Virus record (IMG/VR): IMGVR_UViG_3300034989_000079
Reading direction: 5' to 3' (one strand)
Length of the DNA: 50,192 nucleotides
DNA from: a virus
Numbering within the stretch: the stretch's first letter is position 1; each line of letters opens with the position of its first letter. The translations under genes were made by a program, and so were the position numbers. Below, in pieces: positions 9,696-18,151 of the stretch. The notes beneath the pieces were generated by a model, which searched no databases, was not told the DNA's origin, and saw only the letters and a program-made list of their open reading frames with translations.

Positions 9696-9719
9696 TTCTG
9701 CGAACTCGAGTTCGCAGAA
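9696..9719. repeat. palindrome copy 2: perfect 24-bp palindrome TTCTGCGAACTCGAGTTCGCAGAA (core CGAACTCGAGTTCG)
   Basis: exact self-complementarity; lies 27 nt upstream of the -35 of the 9746 promoter. Confidence 0.9.
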
Positions 9720-9745
9720 AAAACTTTAGAAAAAAACTTAAAAAA

Positions 9746-9774
9746 GTTGACAAACCATTTTTAAGGTTTTAAAA
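9746..9774 (+). promoter_or_regulatory. sigma70-type promoter: TTGACA, 17-nt spacer, TAAAAT
   Basis: aaaagTTGACAaaccatttttaaggtttTAAAAT; -35 plus spacer identical to the 44265 promoter. Confidence 0.6.
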
Positions 9775-9820
9775 TCAAAGTAGATACTCAACAAGATGTT
9801 GAGAAAAATGGAGAGAAAAA

Positions 9821-10210
9821 ATGAGAAGTAAAAATTTTCAAAGATTGATTGATAAATATGGGGAAGATCGTATTAATGTTGGGGTTGATGGAGAGGAATT
9901 TTTGTATTTTTTTTCTGAAGGTCAAGAGTATATTGCCTATGAGAACGGTGATATAGCAGAATTATATGAAGACAAGAAGACAGACAATTTTATAGAAGCG
10001 TGGAGATGGGGTAATGATAAAGGAGAAGGATATAGTATTGGGGAAGAGTATCAGAGTCCGATGGAGGCAGCACAATCGGACGGATTGACTTGTATTATAC
10101 AGATTAGTACAGATGGGTCTGTATTGGGTTATAAAGAAGATGGAAGTGCTATTGTTGTATGTTGGTCTCATGGACCATGGGCGGTTGATGTAACTGATTA
10201 TATGGAGTAA
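9821..10210 (+). CDS. hypothetical protein
   Basis: ORF with RBS ggagag. Confidence 0.55.
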   Translation: MRSKNFQRLIDKYGEDRINVGVDGEEFLYFFSEGQEYIAYENGDIAELYEDKKTDNFIEAWRWGNDKGEGYSIGEEYQSPMEAAQSDGLTCIIQISTDGSVLGYKEDGSAIVVCWSHGPWAVDVTDYME

Positions 10211-10213
10211 GAT

Positions 10214-10387
10214 ATGAGTAATTGTATAGATATAGAATTTACAGGACTGGAATTGAAAAAGGCAATTTCATATTTAAAGTTATCGATAGAGGTAAATAAA
10301 GATGCTGTTAAAAAAGCAGAGGAATGTTTGAATAGGTTGGTTAACTTGTGTGATTGTTTAGAAATACAAAAAGAATTTTACAGATAA
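10214..10387 (+). CDS. hypothetical small protein (57 aa; below the ORF-track cutoff)
   Basis: ATG with RBS ggagtaa; fills a 197-nt gap. Confidence 0.4.
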   Translation: MSNCIDIEFTGLELKKAISYLKLSIEVNKDAVKKAEECLNRLVNLCDCLEIQKEFYR

Positions 10388-10428
10388 AATAAGTAATATA
10401 TCAAAAGTTGACAATATGGAGGGTTGAG

Positions 10429-10776
10429 ATGGGATATGCATCATATAATAGAGGGTCTAGTACTATTTCTCGTCAAATTGACATGGAACAACATGACCCA
10501 TTATTTGATGTTATTGATTCTTTAAATAGCACAAAAAAAATAAGAACAAAATTTGATATTATTGGTATGGAACGTAAATTTTTTCAACCTTTTAAAAATG
10601 GTAAAATTAGTTTTGGAAACAATGGGTGGTGGTTCGAGGATGCTTCTAAAGTGGGCGGTTTTGGATATCATTATAAAACAATACGAGAAGTTTTGGCTAG
10701 TTGGGATATTATGGTAACTGGTATTGATGTAACTGGTAAAACGCCGATTTATTATACAGAGAATATAAATGAGTAA
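10429..10776 (+). CDS. hypothetical protein
   Basis: ATG with RBS ggaggg; the ORF-track TTG start at 10408 is unlikely. Confidence 0.5.
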   Translation: MGYASYNRGSSTISRQIDMEQHDPLFDVIDSLNSTKKIRTKFDIIGMERKFFQPFKNGKISFGNNGWWFEDASKVGGFGYHYKTIREVLASWDIMVTGIDVTGKTPIYYTENINE

Positions 10777-11008
10777 AGTATCAAAAGTAGATATTATGTT
10801 GTTGGATGATGGGCTTGTTTTTGTATGTGAAGCTAAAGGAAAGTTTGAGACTTGTGATTACACTGATGGATATAAAAACAGATGTCCATACAAGAGTAAT
10901 CTAGGGTGTATTTGTGTAAATGATAGAGCAATAGAGGTTGCTCTGAAAAGGATGAAGCAAGCCATTTGTGATGAGATGAAAAGAAGGGGAATAACAGGAA
11001 TGAAGTAA
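10769..11008 (+). CDS. hypothetical Cys-rich small protein
   Basis: ORF tiling. Confidence 0.45.
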   Translation: MSKVSKVDIMLLDDGLVFVCEAKGKFETCDYTDGYKNRCPYKSNLGCICVNDRAIEVALKRMKQAICDEMKRRGITGMK

Positions 11009-11254
11009 ATGTCAAAAGAAGTATTTTATCCAGTAGTAATTTATCGGGTTGATGAAGAAAACGAACCATATTTTATAGCATACCTTCCAGATTTTGGTGA
11101 AGCGGCATGTAGTGCCGTTGGAGAAACAGAAGAAGAAGCATTATTGGAATTGAAGAATGTAAGACATGATGTAATTGAGTATTATAAAAAAAACGAGAGA
11201 GAATTGCCTAAGCCGTTTTCTAAGAAAGATATTCATTTTGGTTGGAGACATTGA
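11009..11254 (+). CDS. HicB-like (UPF0150) antitoxin-fold protein
   Basis: YPVVIYRVDEENEPYFIAYLPDFGEAACSAVGETEEEALLELKNVRHDVIEYY matches the HicB N-domain pattern (YP..i....dg.y....PDlpGc...G.T.EEAl....eal); no adjacent HicA. Confidence 0.6.
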   Translation: MSKEVFYPVVIYRVDEENEPYFIAYLPDFGEAACSAVGETEEEALLELKNVRHDVIEYYKKNERELPKPFSKKDIHFGWRH

Positions 11255-11266
11255 AAGGTAGATATA

Positions 11267-11569
11267 ATGAAGAGGTATACACAAGAAGATGTAGATAGGT
11301 GGGTTGAAGAGAACGGAGAGACAGATGCGTATGGTTTGTTTAGAGAAGTCTTGCCTGGATATGATAAAAAGCTGGATCGGCTTGACAAAAGGATAGCTAA
11401 ACTTTTGTCAGAAATTAGAGATGTATTTCCAGATGCAGAATACTACACTGCTAGTGGTGGATTTAGTCTTGTTTTGGGCTGTACCCACGGGGGGTATGAT
11501 GGAGAACAAGCTCAACAACAAAGAACAGCGTGGGGAGGGTCTGCAGAAATAGGCGATGGAGATTGGTAA
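11267..11569 (+). CDS. hypothetical protein
   Basis: ORF with RBS aaaggtag. Confidence 0.5.
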   Translation: MKRYTQEDVDRWVEENGETDAYGLFREVLPGYDKKLDRLDKRIAKLLSEIRDVFPDAEYYTASGGFSLVLGCTHGGYDGEQAQQQRTAWGGSAEIGDGDW

Positions 11570-11625
11570 TGGTAATGGTAATCAAAAGAACGGAAAAAGA
11601 AGAAGCATGTTGGTGAATAAATAAT

Positions 11626-12261
11626 ATGAATAATATTCAAGAAAATGATTTGGTAAAGAAATATATTGATATAGCAAAGGGTGTTGCAAGGTTATATTCT
11701 GCGGTTACGCCAGACCATATTTCATTCGATGATTTGTTTTCGGCTGGATTGATAGGTATTTTAAATTCTATTAGATCTGGAAAAACAAGATGTGTTAAGG
11801 CAAGAGTGGTTTGGGCAATCAAGGAAGAACTGAGAAGATGTGATTTTGTAGATAAACAAAAACGAAAAAAGATCAATGATATTGAAATAGCTAAAGATGA
11901 ATTATTTGTTAAATTGGGTAGATATCCTACAGATATCGAAATTGCAGAAGAAGTTGGAATGAGTTTTGATGGATACAATAAATTTATACTTATGCATCAG
12001 GATTATAGATTATATGATGAGTTAGAAGATGTAGTTGTTGAAGATGAGGCTTTTTATGACGGTATTTTAGTTCGAGAAGTAGTTACTCGTGCGAATTTAA
12101 GTGACCGAGAATTGAAAATTTTAAGATTACTGTATGTTGATGGGTATACGTTGGCAGAGGTAGGCAAACAAATAGGAGTAATAGAATCGAGAGTATGTCA
12201 GATAAAAAAAGAGATTTTGGCAAAGATAAGTGATGCTATTTCTGTTGATAAAGTAGCTTGA
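11626..12261 (+). CDS. RNA polymerase sigma factor (sigma70 family, regions 2 and 4)
   Basis: DDLFSAGLIGILNSIRSG (region 2-like) and GYTLAEVGKQIGVIESRVCQIKKEILAKI (region 4.2 HTH with the SRV.QI signature). Confidence 0.65.
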   Translation: MNNIQENDLVKKYIDIAKGVARLYSAVTPDHISFDDLFSAGLIGILNSIRSGKTRCVKARVVWAIKEELRRCDFVDKQKRKKINDIEIAKDELFVKLGRYPTDIEIAEEVGMSFDGYNKFILMHQDYRLYDELEDVVVEDEAFYDGILVREVVTRANLSDRELKILRLLYVDGYTLAEVGKQIGVIESRVCQIKKEILAKISDAISVDKVA

Positions 12262-12279
12262 TGTTTTTTTAAAAAAAAG

Positions 12280-12308
12280 TTGACTAAACGTGTTTTTTGT
12301 TGTAAAGA
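12280..12308 (+). promoter_or_regulatory. candidate sigma70-type promoter: TTGACT with a weak -10
   Basis: aaaaaaaagTTGACTaaacg upstream of the CCA gene; -10 is poor. Confidence 0.3.
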
Positions 12309-12347
12309 TCATAGTAGGATGATGACTAAGATGGTCATGGAGATACT

Positions 12348-13685
12348 ATGTTAGATACAGTCAAAGATTTTGCAAATAAGTATTTTAAATGTTTTCCTGT
12401 ATATCTTGTAGGAGGGGGTGTCATAGATTATCTTTGTGATCGTATTCCAAAAGATTTTGACATAGAAATTTATGGTTTATCAATAGACGAAATTTCAGAC
12501 ATATTAAAATCCAATGGTTTTGACGTTAATTTTGTTGGGGCAAGTTTTGGAATAATCAAGACAGTATACAAGAATATTGATTTGGATATTTCTGTTCCCA
12601 GGGTAGATAATAGAATTGGGAAAGGTCATAAAGGATTTGATTGTTCTTTTCCTTCCAATATTTCGCCGAAAGAAGCGTCAAGAAGAAGAGATTTGACGAT
12701 TAATTCAATTTTTTTAGATCTTCATACTTTGGATATTCATGATCCATGGGGAGGAGTTGAGGATTTAAGCAAGGGTGTGCTGAAAGCAACTGATTCAACA
12801 ACATTTATTGAGGACCCGTTGAGGGTGCTTAGGGTTATGCAACTGTTAGCAAGGAAGGGAAAAAGTGTTGATTCAGATACTGTTGACTTATGTATTAGTA
12901 TGGTCGATAGTTTTGTTGATTTGCCCCAAGAAAGAGTTTTTGAAGAGTTTGTGAAGCTTTTTAGTGCTAGTCGTCCATCAAAAGGGTTAAGGTTTTTGGT
13001 AGATTCAAATTGGATTTTTTGTTTTCCAGAGTTGGAAAGCCTTATTGGATGTAAACAACATCCAGAATGGCATCCAGAAGGAGATGTCTGGGAACATACT
13101 CTAAGAGTTGTTGATTGGGCAGCTAAAGAGAAAGAAAATTTGGATGAGGATTGGCGTTTGGCGTTCATGTTTGGGGCATTGCTACATGACATTGGGAAGC
13201 CAGTGGTTGTGTCTGATGATTTTACTTGTCATGGCCATGATTTGGCTGGAGAGCCATTGACTAGGTCATTCATGGAAAGGATTACAAGGGATAAGGAACT
13301 GATTGATAGAGTTGTTTGTATTGTTAGAAATCATATGAGATGTGGACAACTTAGTTTTGGCGATGCTAAGAAATCAGGATGGAAGAGATTACATAATGAC
13401 CTTAGGTTGGATGTTGCAGCATTTCTTTCTAAGTGTGATTCATTGTCTAGATATAGTGAAGAATATGTATCAGGAATGGAATATGAGCCAAGTATGGTTG
13501 CTTTGCAGTATTTTGATGAATTTGGGAAAAAGCCAATTAAGCCTGTATTGATGGGGAGACATTTGATTGATGCAGGAATGAAGCCTGGCCCAGAGTTTGG
13601 TAAGATCTTGGATAGGGCATATGATATCCAAATTGAAGACGGAATTTCTTGTCTAGACACATTGTTGAGGTTGGTTAATGGGTGA
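12348..13685 (+). CDS. CCA-adding tRNA nucleotidyltransferase with C-terminal HD domain
   Basis: GGGVIDYLCDRIPKDFDIE (GGxVRD head motif), RRDLTINSIF, HD motif LLHDIGK. Confidence 0.7.
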   Translation: MLDTVKDFANKYFKCFPVYLVGGGVIDYLCDRIPKDFDIEIYGLSIDEISDILKSNGFDVNFVGASFGIIKTVYKNIDLDISVPRVDNRIGKGHKGFDCSFPSNISPKEASRRRDLTINSIFLDLHTLDIHDPWGGVEDLSKGVLKATDSTTFIEDPLRVLRVMQLLARKGKSVDSDTVDLCISMVDSFVDLPQERVFEEFVKLFSASRPSKGLRFLVDSNWIFCFPELESLIGCKQHPEWHPEGDVWEHTLRVVDWAAKEKENLDEDWRLAFMFGALLHDIGKPVVVSDDFTCHGHDLAGEPLTRSFMERITRDKELIDRVVCIVRNHMRCGQLSFGDAKKSGWKRLHNDLRLDVAAFLSKCDSLSRYSEEYVSGMEYEPSMVALQYFDEFGKKPIKPVLMGRHLIDAGMKPGPEFGKILDRAYDIQIEDGISCLDTLLRLVNG

Positions 13686-13739
13686 AACAACTGGCTTGGA
13701 ACTGTTTTAATACAAGCCGATGAGGCGAAAAACGAAAAG

Positions 13740-14024
13740 GTGAAGAAAGATATGCAATACACGATAGAAAGTGATAGGTTGTGGAAATTCGTTGAGGAGT
13801 TGCTTGTGTTTCCATTTCCTCAGATATGTAGACACACTGTGGTTTGCATGCTTGCAGATGCTTTTATGGAAAAAATTCACGCAGAGGACCCTCGCTTCAA
13901 AAGTTTTTGCCGTCATGTTGTCCGTGCTGATGACGATGAGGCACTTGAGATGCTTTATGAATTGAGAGAGAAGGACAACAGGTCAACAAAAGAAAAGAAA
14001 AAAGATGAGACCGGCAATTTATAG
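13740..14024 (+). CDS. hypothetical protein
   Basis: ORF tiling. Confidence 0.45.
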   Translation: MKKDMQYTIESDRLWKFVEELLVFPFPQICRHTVVCMLADAFMEKIHAEDPRFKSFCRHVVRADDDEALEMLYELREKDNRSTKEKKKDETGNL

Positions 14025-14214
14025 ATGCATTGGACCTAATTGTAAAGGTGGTAGTGAAACAGTAGTTTGTCTTGTGAGAGGTGCAAAGTCAAGACGATAT
14101 TTATATCATGTTGAATGTTATGAATGTGGTGCAAGAGGACCAGGAGGATTAACAAAGGTTGAAGCTATTTCAAATTGGAACAAATTTGTTGAAATAGGAA
14201 GTAGAGAATTATGA
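14005..14214 (+). CDS. Lar-family (restriction alleviation) zinc-ribbon protein
   Basis: CIGPNCKGG...YHVECYECGARGPGGLTKVEAISNWNKF fits the Lar pattern C..Cg....y.v.C..Cga.GP...t..eAi.aWN.r. Confidence 0.55.
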   Translation: MRPAIYRCIGPNCKGGSETVVCLVRGAKSRRYLYHVECYECGARGPGGLTKVEAISNWNKFVEIGSREL

Positions 14215-14555
14215 GATACAAACGTAGTTTGTTTCCATTTTTGATTTCTTTGATATGGCCAATTTGGATAGTAGTTTTTATATTTTTAATTAATAACCCG
14301 CAAGGAGTTTTGAAAATGAAAAAAACAGAAATTGATAGTCCTGGATTATGGTTGGTTAAGTTTCATGGAGATGAAGCGACATCAGTAATTCGTATAATTA
14401 GAAGAAGACATGTTCAGGATAAGGGTGATTCACTTTTAATTTGTGACAATCCTGGAATGCCAAGGCAAGGAGTAACTCCATTTTGGATTACCAAAAAACA
14501 TTTGGAAAAAGTATACAGAAAGATAAAAGACCCGCTTGGTATTGAAGAGTATTAA
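14211..14555 (+). CDS. hypothetical protein (possible N-terminal TM; alternative start ATG 14317 with RBS aaggag)
   Basis: ORF tiling. Confidence 0.45.
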   Translation: MRYKRSLFPFLISLIWPIWIVVFIFLINNPQGVLKMKKTEIDSPGLWLVKFHGDEATSVIRIIRRRHVQDKGDSLLICDNPGMPRQGVTPFWITKKHLEKVYRKIKDPLGIEEY

Positions 14556-14587
14556 GGAATAATATTATAGGAAGTAAATGGAATAAT

Positions 14588-14773
14588 ATGGGAAAAAGAG
14601 ATTCTAGGAAAAAGAAAAATAGACCAAGAAAAAGGTCTAGAGTGTTTGGGTCTAAAAAGCATGAAGAGCAAAATGCTATTCTACAGAGAGCTGCGAAAGA
14701 TGCAGTGAACGATTATGAGAATGACCGTGAATTAGTGTGGGATGACGCAGAGGAACCACTTGATTATTACTAA
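14588..14773 (+). CDS. hypothetical small basic protein
   Basis: ORF tiling. Confidence 0.4.
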   Translation: MGKRDSRKKKNRPRKRSRVFGSKKHEEQNAILQRAAKDAVNDYENDRELVWDDAEEPLDYY

Positions 14774-15041
14774 AAAATCTTGTGTTAGATGTGGACATTG
14801 TTGTACACAATATTTTACCGTTATAGTTGTAATCCCTGAGTTGGGGCCAAGAAAAGACAATATAAGGTCAATAAATATGCTTGAAGAGAGATGTCCACAT
14901 TTAGAAGGAGACCGGCCAGGAGAATACTCTTGTAGGATACATCATTATGAATGGTTCAAGGATACACCTTGCGGACAATATAATTCAGACGGTTGTACAT
15001 TAGGAGAATACGTCATTAGTAATAGTAAGAAGGATGATTGA
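14742..15041 (+). CDS. YkgJ-family Cys-cluster (putative Fe-S/Zn) protein
   Basis: CVRCGHCC (CxxCxxCC) followed by CPHL...C..C motifs. Confidence 0.5.
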   Translation: MTQRNHLIITKKSCVRCGHCCTQYFTVIVVIPELGPRKDNIRSINMLEERCPHLEGDRPGEYSCRIHHYEWFKDTPCGQYNSDGCTLGEYVISNSKKDD

Positions 15042-15306
15042 TAGAGTGACTGGTTCAAAACAGAAAAGATTTATTCGAATTCATGATTATGGACCATTTG
15101 AGATATGTGAATATGAACAAAGATATTTTCTTGAAATAGCAATATGGAAATCATCAGAAAAAGTATCAGGATGGTTGCTGCAGTGGGTGAGAAAAGAAGA
15201 TGGAAGACCTCTTTCGTTCAAAAGAAGATGTGATGCAAGTAGATATGCAGGAAGACACTTTAAAGACTACGAAAGACAACACTGGACAATATCTTGTGGT
15301 AAATAA
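15034..15306 (+). CDS. hypothetical protein
   Basis: ORF tiling, ATGA overlap. Confidence 0.5.
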   Translation: MIDRVTGSKQKRFIRIHDYGPFEICEYEQRYFLEIAIWKSSEKVSGWLLQWVRKEDGRPLSFKRRCDASRYAGRHFKDYERQHWTISCGK

Positions 15307-15331
15307 AGAATAAAATAAAGAATAAAAAGTG

Positions 15332-15360
15332 TTGACAAACTATTGATAACTAGATAATAT
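15332..15360 (+). promoter_or_regulatory. sigma70-type promoter: TTGACA, 17-nt spacer, TAATAT (aaaaagtgTTGACAaac...)
   Basis: textbook hexamers and spacing, upstream A-tract. Confidence 0.7.
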
Positions 15361-15436
15361 ATTTACTTGATAAAAATATAATAATATTGAATCGATAGGA
15401 AATATAAGGAATAAACAATATTTAGGAGATAATAAA

Positions 15437-15580
15437 ATGGATGCTGCAATCATAATTATAGTGCTTTTGGCTGTAGGCTTTCTTGTAGCAGTTAGAATAG
15501 TTGGGATTAATAAGGGGGAGAAGAACCCAGAAGAAGATGAAGATTGTCAAGAAGATGATGTTGGAGATAAAGAAGAATAG
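15437..15580 (+). CDS. small membrane protein (47 aa; TM helix then acidic tail)
   Basis: RBS aggagataataaaATG; MDAAIIIIVLLAVGFLVAV...; below track cutoff. Confidence 0.5.
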   Translation: MDAAIIIIVLLAVGFLVAVRIVGINKGEKNPEEDEDCQEDDVGDKEE

Positions 15581-15767
15581 AGTATGGAGATAGAGTTTTG
15601 AAACGATACGTATTTTATGTAGACACAGGGAATACAGGTGATTTGTCTCCTGAAGCAAAAGTTCGTCTTGAAAAGATAAGAAGCAAATATAAAAACAAAG
15701 AAGTTGATTTTAACAGTAATCTTATTGGTACAGATGGTCATATAGATGATGAAAAGGGGAAAAATTA

Positions 15768-15980
15768 ATGAGTACTTGGAATGTTGAGAGTATTTTAGAA
15801 GAGAAGTTTCATGAGAAGAATGGAAGAGTTGGTAAGGTGTTTGGGGTAGATATAACAACTAGGTTTTCTAAAGAAGCGCTGGTTGGTATGATAGCTATGT
15901 TGGCTGATATGATGAAAGAAGAAGATGCAAAAAGACATCATAAGATGATGTCATTTTTTCAGGCAAATAAACATGGGTAG
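15768..15980 (+). CDS. hypothetical protein
   Basis: ORF tiling. Confidence 0.5.
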   Translation: MSTWNVESILEEKFHEKNGRVGKVFGVDITTRFSKEALVGMIAMLADMMKEEDAKRHHKMMSFFQANKHG

Positions 15981-16356
15981 AAAGAAGAAAGAAAAAGTTA
16001 AAAGTGGTCAGCATCCATTTTGGGCATTGTTATCAGAGTTGAAGGCTGAAGAGTTTGATAAAAATGTGACACTTTCTATTGGTGATATGGAGGCTAGATT
16101 AATTGCCACTTGGCCAAAAGTTACAAGAACAGTACTTAGTACACCTTTTGAAAATAAAAATATTCATGAAGCATGGAACTATATTGATTTTTATGCTGGT
16201 GGTTGGGCTAAGGCTGCTCTTGTGGATGAAGATATAGTATGGAAGAAGTGGCAAGGATTAGCCAATACAAAGTTGATATATCCTGATGGGACATATCCTG
16301 ATGAAGTTAGAACTGTATTGTTGGCTAAGGCAGATGCTTTGGCTAAGTTGAAATGA
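15973..16356 (+). CDS. hypothetical protein
   Basis: ORF tiling. Confidence 0.5.
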   Translation: MGRKKKEKVKSGQHPFWALLSELKAEEFDKNVTLSIGDMEARLIATWPKVTRTVLSTPFENKNIHEAWNYIDFYAGGWAKAALVDEDIVWKKWQGLANTKLIYPDGTYPDEVRTVLLAKADALAKLK

Positions 16357-16377
16357 TTGATTTTTTTTAAGGGTTAT

Positions 16378-16482
16378 ATGAAGATGGAATTATTATTAGA
16401 GAGTGTTTTTACTTTTGTTATCGGGGCGATTATTGGGGCGATAGTAGGATTTTTTGTGAAGATAATAAAGAAACGAAATTGA
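16378..16482 (+). CDS. small hydrophobic peptide (34 aa, single TM)
   Basis: MKMELLLESVFTFVIGAIIGAIVGFFVKIIKKRN; weak RBS. Confidence 0.35.
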   Translation: MKMELLLESVFTFVIGAIIGAIVGFFVKIIKKRN

Positions 16483-16532
16483 TTTCGTAAGAAATAAATT
16501 GAAAGATGCTTTGGCTAATTTGAGGTGATAAA

Positions 16533-16700
16533 ATGGATTTGTCAGAGTCTATATTGAAATTGAAATTTATTATTGATATTGTAATAGTAGTTGGAATTGT
16601 AACTATAATAGGAATTATAATAGGAATTATTATTATATGGCGATATGAACTCAAACGAACTCGAGTTCGCAAAGCAAGAAATGAGTTGAAAGATGTATAA
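16533..16700 (+). CDS. small membrane protein (55 aa; TM then basic tail); palindrome copy 3 lies in its 3' end
   Basis: RBS gaggtgataaaATG; MDLSESILKLKFIIDIVIVVGIVTIIGIIIGIIIIW... Confidence 0.5.
   Translation: MDLSESILKLKFIIDIVIVVGIVTIIGIIIGIIIIWRYELKRTRVRKARNELKDV
16656..16669. repeat. palindrome copy 3: CGAACTCGAGTTCG
   Basis: exact 14-bp palindrome. Confidence 0.9.
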
Positions 16701-16983
16701 AGAAAATTGTTGTAGTTTAAACATAGATGACATGAAGGGTTCTTTTTTGTGTAAGGCTATAGAAGATCTTGGATCTGGTCAGATGAGATGTACTGGGTTT
16801 AAGCGTGATGATAAAGAAGGATGTAGTAATGGATGTAAGTATAATATTATGTTTTCATGTCATAATATTGAGTTGCAATTGAAAACATTAGATGAATTGA
16901 TAGAAAAATTGGGTATTTTAAAGGGACAATTGGTCATAGAATTTGGTAAAAAGATGTATGAGCAAGTAAATGGTAATTCATAA
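16693..16983 (+). CDS. hypothetical Cys-rich protein
   Basis: ORF tiling. Confidence 0.5.
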   Translation: MYKENCCSLNIDDMKGSFLCKAIEDLGSGQMRCTGFKRDDKEGCSNGCKYNIMFSCHNIELQLKTLDELIEKLGILKGQLVIEFGKKMYEQVNGNS

Positions 16984-17182
16984 TGTGGTCTGTGATGGAT
17001 GTGGAAAAGAATGTGTTGGATTTCCTCCTCTTGAATTGAATAAGAGGGGGAGCAATAGGGATAAACTACATAAGATACGGTATATGTATTCTCTCTGTGG
17101 GTGGAGAGTGAATCTTCCTGGTGGAAAAGATTATTGTCCAGAATGTTGGGAGAAGATGAAAGATGAAGGAAAGCGTTTTTGA
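16970..17182 (+). CDS. zinc-ribbon mini-protein (CDGCGKEC...CPECW)
   Basis: two CxxC pairs. Confidence 0.5.
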   Translation: MVIHNVVCDGCGKECVGFPPLELNKRGSNRDKLHKIRYMYSLCGWRVNLPGGKDYCPECWEKMKDEGKRF

Positions 17183-17447
17183 TATAAAACAAGATCGGCC
17201 TGCAAAGAGAATACAGCAGGCTCTTTATAAAGAGAGAGACAAAGATGGAAGTAAATTGTTGTCACCATTAGAATGGCAACAGGCTGAAATAAATGTATTA
17301 TGGAACGCCGTGAATGATGAGAGAAAGAAGATTGGCAAGGGGCCAATTAGAATAACTAGAATAGAGGATGTTGAAAAAACTGCCTTTGGTCATATTGATT
17401 ATGTACATAAAATAGCAATCTATTGTGAAGAATTGGTTTATGAGTAA
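17163..17447 (+). CDS. hypothetical protein
   Basis: ORF tiling. Confidence 0.5.
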   Translation: MKESVFDIKQDRPAKRIQQALYKERDKDGSKLLSPLEWQQAEINVLWNAVNDERKKIGKGPIRITRIEDVEKTAFGHIDYVHKIAIYCEELVYE

Positions 17448-17450
17448 GTT

Positions 17451-17666
17451 ATGAAAAGGAGATTTGATATAGGTGATTCTGTAATAGTTGATGATGAAAA
17501 TTCTATGTTAAATCAAAGGCATGGTTTTGTTAGTGGATATAATGAATCACGTGGTTATTATGTGGAATTCAAAACAACAATAACCATAATAGGTGGAAAG
17601 AATTTTTATTATTCTTGGTTTAAAGAGGAACAATTGAGGGATGGAAAAGGTCCATGTCTTTATTGA
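17451..17666 (+). CDS. hypothetical protein
   Basis: ORF tiling. Confidence 0.5.
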   Translation: MKRRFDIGDSVIVDDENSMLNQRHGFVSGYNESRGYYVEFKTTITIIGGKNFYYSWFKEEQLRDGKGPCLY

Positions 17667-17681
17667 TTATATGAAATAGGT

Positions 17682-18038
17682 TTGGTGTATATGATAATAG
17701 TTGCAATAGTTTGTGATAATTGTGGGCGTCAATACAGTCATAGAGAATTTAAAGAAGAGATTATTGATGATTTGCTTGATGCTCTCGAGACAAGAGGAAT
17801 AAATAAGGATTTATGTACTGATTGTTCATTGGAAATATCTAAAGATAGACCAATGTGGGAAGATATTACTCTTGCAGAAGGAATAGATATACGGTTGTGT
17901 AGGGCACCATCTATGAAATCTATGGCTTTTGAATGTTCGAAGAGTGTTTTTGAAAAAGATGCTGATATTTGTAAATATTATTGTGACAGAGAGATTGGTG
18001 ATACGGAATTTGGTCTTTGTTTATTCAAAGATGAATAA
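17682..18038 (+). CDS. zinc-ribbon protein (CDNCGRQY...CTDC)
   Basis: CxxC pairs. Confidence 0.5.
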   Translation: MVYMIIVAIVCDNCGRQYSHREFKEEIIDDLLDALETRGINKDLCTDCSLEISKDRPMWEDITLAEGIDIRLCRAPSMKSMAFECSKSVFEKDADICKYYCDREIGDTEFGLCLFKDE

Positions 18039-18151
18039 AAATAATATAATTTGGTGAATAAATATTCGTTATTTTATGGAAACCTCGGGATATAGAAAAA
18101 ACGGATGAAAACTGTGAATAATTATTCATAAAATATAGAAAGAGAGTTGAG

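Noticed and set aside
10408-10413. TTGACA at 10408 as a promoter -35 / track TTG start for ORF 10408
   Set aside because: It lies only 15 nt upstream of the ATG at 10429, which has a GGAGGG Shine-Dalgarno. A TATAAT cannot fit, and the TTG start would precede the SD.
12737-13762. Minus-strand ORFs of 151 and 143 aa inside the CCA-enzyme gene
   Set aside because: They are antisense to a gene with clear nucleotidyltransferase and HD motifs. Composition is Ser/Leu-rich and no SD is present.
13771-13965. Overlapping + strand ORF 13771-13965, and similar internal alternative-frame ORFs at 24375-24572, 24666-24932 and 13342-13551
   Set aside because: They are nested inside longer same-strand ORFs that fit the gene tiling. 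They have odd composition and no RBS.
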